Below, piece by piece: positions 62,128 through 64,000 of a DNA stretch of 64,000 nt. The notes under the pieces are model-generated. The model did not search any database and was not told the origin of the DNA. It worked only from the letters and a program-made list of their open reading frames with translations. Both the position numbers and the translations under genes were made by a program. The stretch spans positions 21,640,001-21,704,000 of the forward strand of contig NC_087251.1 of NCBI RefSeq assembly GCF_037042905.1, read 5' to 3'. This stretch comes from Lytechinus pictus. Its lineage: Eukaryota. The stretch's first letter is position 1. The number at the start of each line of letters is the position of its first letter.

Positions 62128-64000
62128 CTGCACAGCATATAGCAAGTACAACAACAAAACATGATTATAAAATCATCTCCACAAGAGATTAAATATAATA
62201 GAAGAATTAGGATGTACACTGCATGCTCTTGACTTGAGAGGAAGTCCATCTATGAAATATTCCCTCTCAGTTTCTAATCTAGGGTCGGGAATATAGCTGA
62301 CAAAAAAGACATATCAACCTTTAGTAAACAATCACAAAGTGATAACACCCATGTTAATGATAAGCAATAAAGGTAAATAAAGAACAAAGTGCACACAACT
62401 AAAGTAGTAAAAGAAATGTATTGATGAAAAGTGTTCAAAGAATTGGATCAAATTAATTTTCTAAGTAATACATAAAGTAATAGTTGTTTAAACATACAAA
62501 GAAAATATACCAAACTATAGATTTACCCAAGTTATATTGAAAGCAAAATTTATACAAGAAAGATATTAAGCTTATAGAAAGATCATTACAAGAAAAAAAA
62601 AGGCAAGTGCACAACTGAACAGCTATAAACAGGAAGTATTAGATACAACATGGGATCACATATCCATGACTCTAAGTATAGATATTTCCTTTTTGTGATG
62701 CATCAACAAAAATATTAAGAGGAAGTTTAAAAAAAATAACAATTTGAGACTAGACCATTAATAGCAGTTGCATTTCAAGAAGCACTTCCTATTCAGATCA
62801 AATCAATTAAAAAAAATGTTCACACAATGATCAACTTGAAATCACTAGGACCCAGGCACAATAGCCCAAGTTATCCAATAAAGTTTTCTACGACTAGAAT
62901 TACTTCTACTTCTAATACTACTAAAATAATATGATATAAGAAAAAAGTACATGTAAGCTAATCTGTGTTCAGAAACACACCTCTATCACTCACTCCCTTG
63001 AATCCAGTCCAAAATGTATTCCTTCTGTCTATGATTTAAAATTCCATATAAAGACAGATCTCCATGTATATTCCAAAAATAACGAGGCACCTTCATACCA
63101 TAACAATGGGAAATCCACGTATGAAACAATGACTAATAGCTACAGTAGACAATAGTGAATAGAACAATACATAGTGTGGAATACACCAAGAAAAGAATCA
63201 GTTAATAAAATAAAACAGTAAATGTGCAAAATATGCCTGCCACCAAATGGTGCGACGGGCAGCATTTTGAAGTGAGAAACAAAGGATGAGTCTCTCACAC
63301 TAACAGACATAAAGGCACTTCAGCTAAACAGATGGTACTGCTACTAACAATTCTCCAGTATACAATTTATCAAGTCCTAAGTGCTAATCATAGAAGTTTT
63401 ACATTTACATACACAATTCCGATGCAGCTATGGGGGCACTTATGATTACAAATTCAATGCTGTTTTTGCAAGATCAAGTTGGGCTGACAGGCAAGGCCCT
63501 ATTAAACCAGCTTGCACTTTAATCTAATGGATAACTGTAGCTTACACACAACTGTCATCAATGCATTAAATAGCCTTGCCCACATAAGCTTTTCACCAGA
63601 GACCAAGGATCAACTTGGATCCTTTAATTCCTCTGAAGCAGTTCAAAATCATCTCATAAACAAACTACATGGATTTCACATTCAATATTTGTGTTAACTT
63701 GTTGAAAAAGGCACCTGATACTGTACATATGTACACTTACTATATATCACACATCATGTAAGCTGCATAGTGGTAATTCCTAGCATTTGTATTGCGTGAC
63801 TCAAGATTGAATATATGTGCATGTACATGCTTCCAAAGAACATACTTTATACATAATTACTGTAATAATATTATCAATAAAAATGTAATAAAACTATTTT
63901 GTCTAAAAACAATGTCATAAAAGTGATTGATATGTTGAATCATGTCTCAAATTGAGCTGGCTTTAAATGAAACTAAAAAGATCACATTTCCTCTGCTAAA

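Noticed and set aside
62128..64000. Further upstream RALGAPA exons
   Set aside because: I found no segment with splice sites and a RalGAP-like translation; it appears intronic.

Overview
AT-rich, intron-rich eukaryotic (animal) DNA. The repeat repertoire suggests an invertebrate deuterostome such as a sea urchin; this is an inference, not a database result. No prokaryotic features are present. The window is dominated by the 3' half of one minus-strand gene, a Ral GTPase-activating protein catalytic alpha subunit (RALGAPA1/2 orthologue). I reconstructed 21 phase-consistent coding exons from 62127 down to a TGA at 13227-13229 (2958 nt, 985 aa plus stop), including the whole Rap/Ral-GAP domain with RHLGND. 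The 5' exons lie beyond the right edge. The introns hold many transposons: Tc1/mariner and PIF/Harbinger-type elements, CWG-target MITEs, two Helentron/DINE-like elements, a SINE and a Penelope-like end. The most notable observations are: (1) a ~12-kb U12-type minor intron with textbook signals; (2) an ~805-nt AG-free zone with a candidate distant branch point before exon 20; (3) repeated decayed local duplicates of coding exons, including a tandem array of the terminal coding segment whose first copy stays open in frame after the stop; (4) a minimal hammerhead-ribozyme-like motif in an inverted Penelope-like terminus; (5) a 5.2-kb Harbinger-type element carrying an apparently spliced, decayed cargo unit. 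I see no clear wholly new biological system; these are the best candidates. Exon numbering is local to this window.
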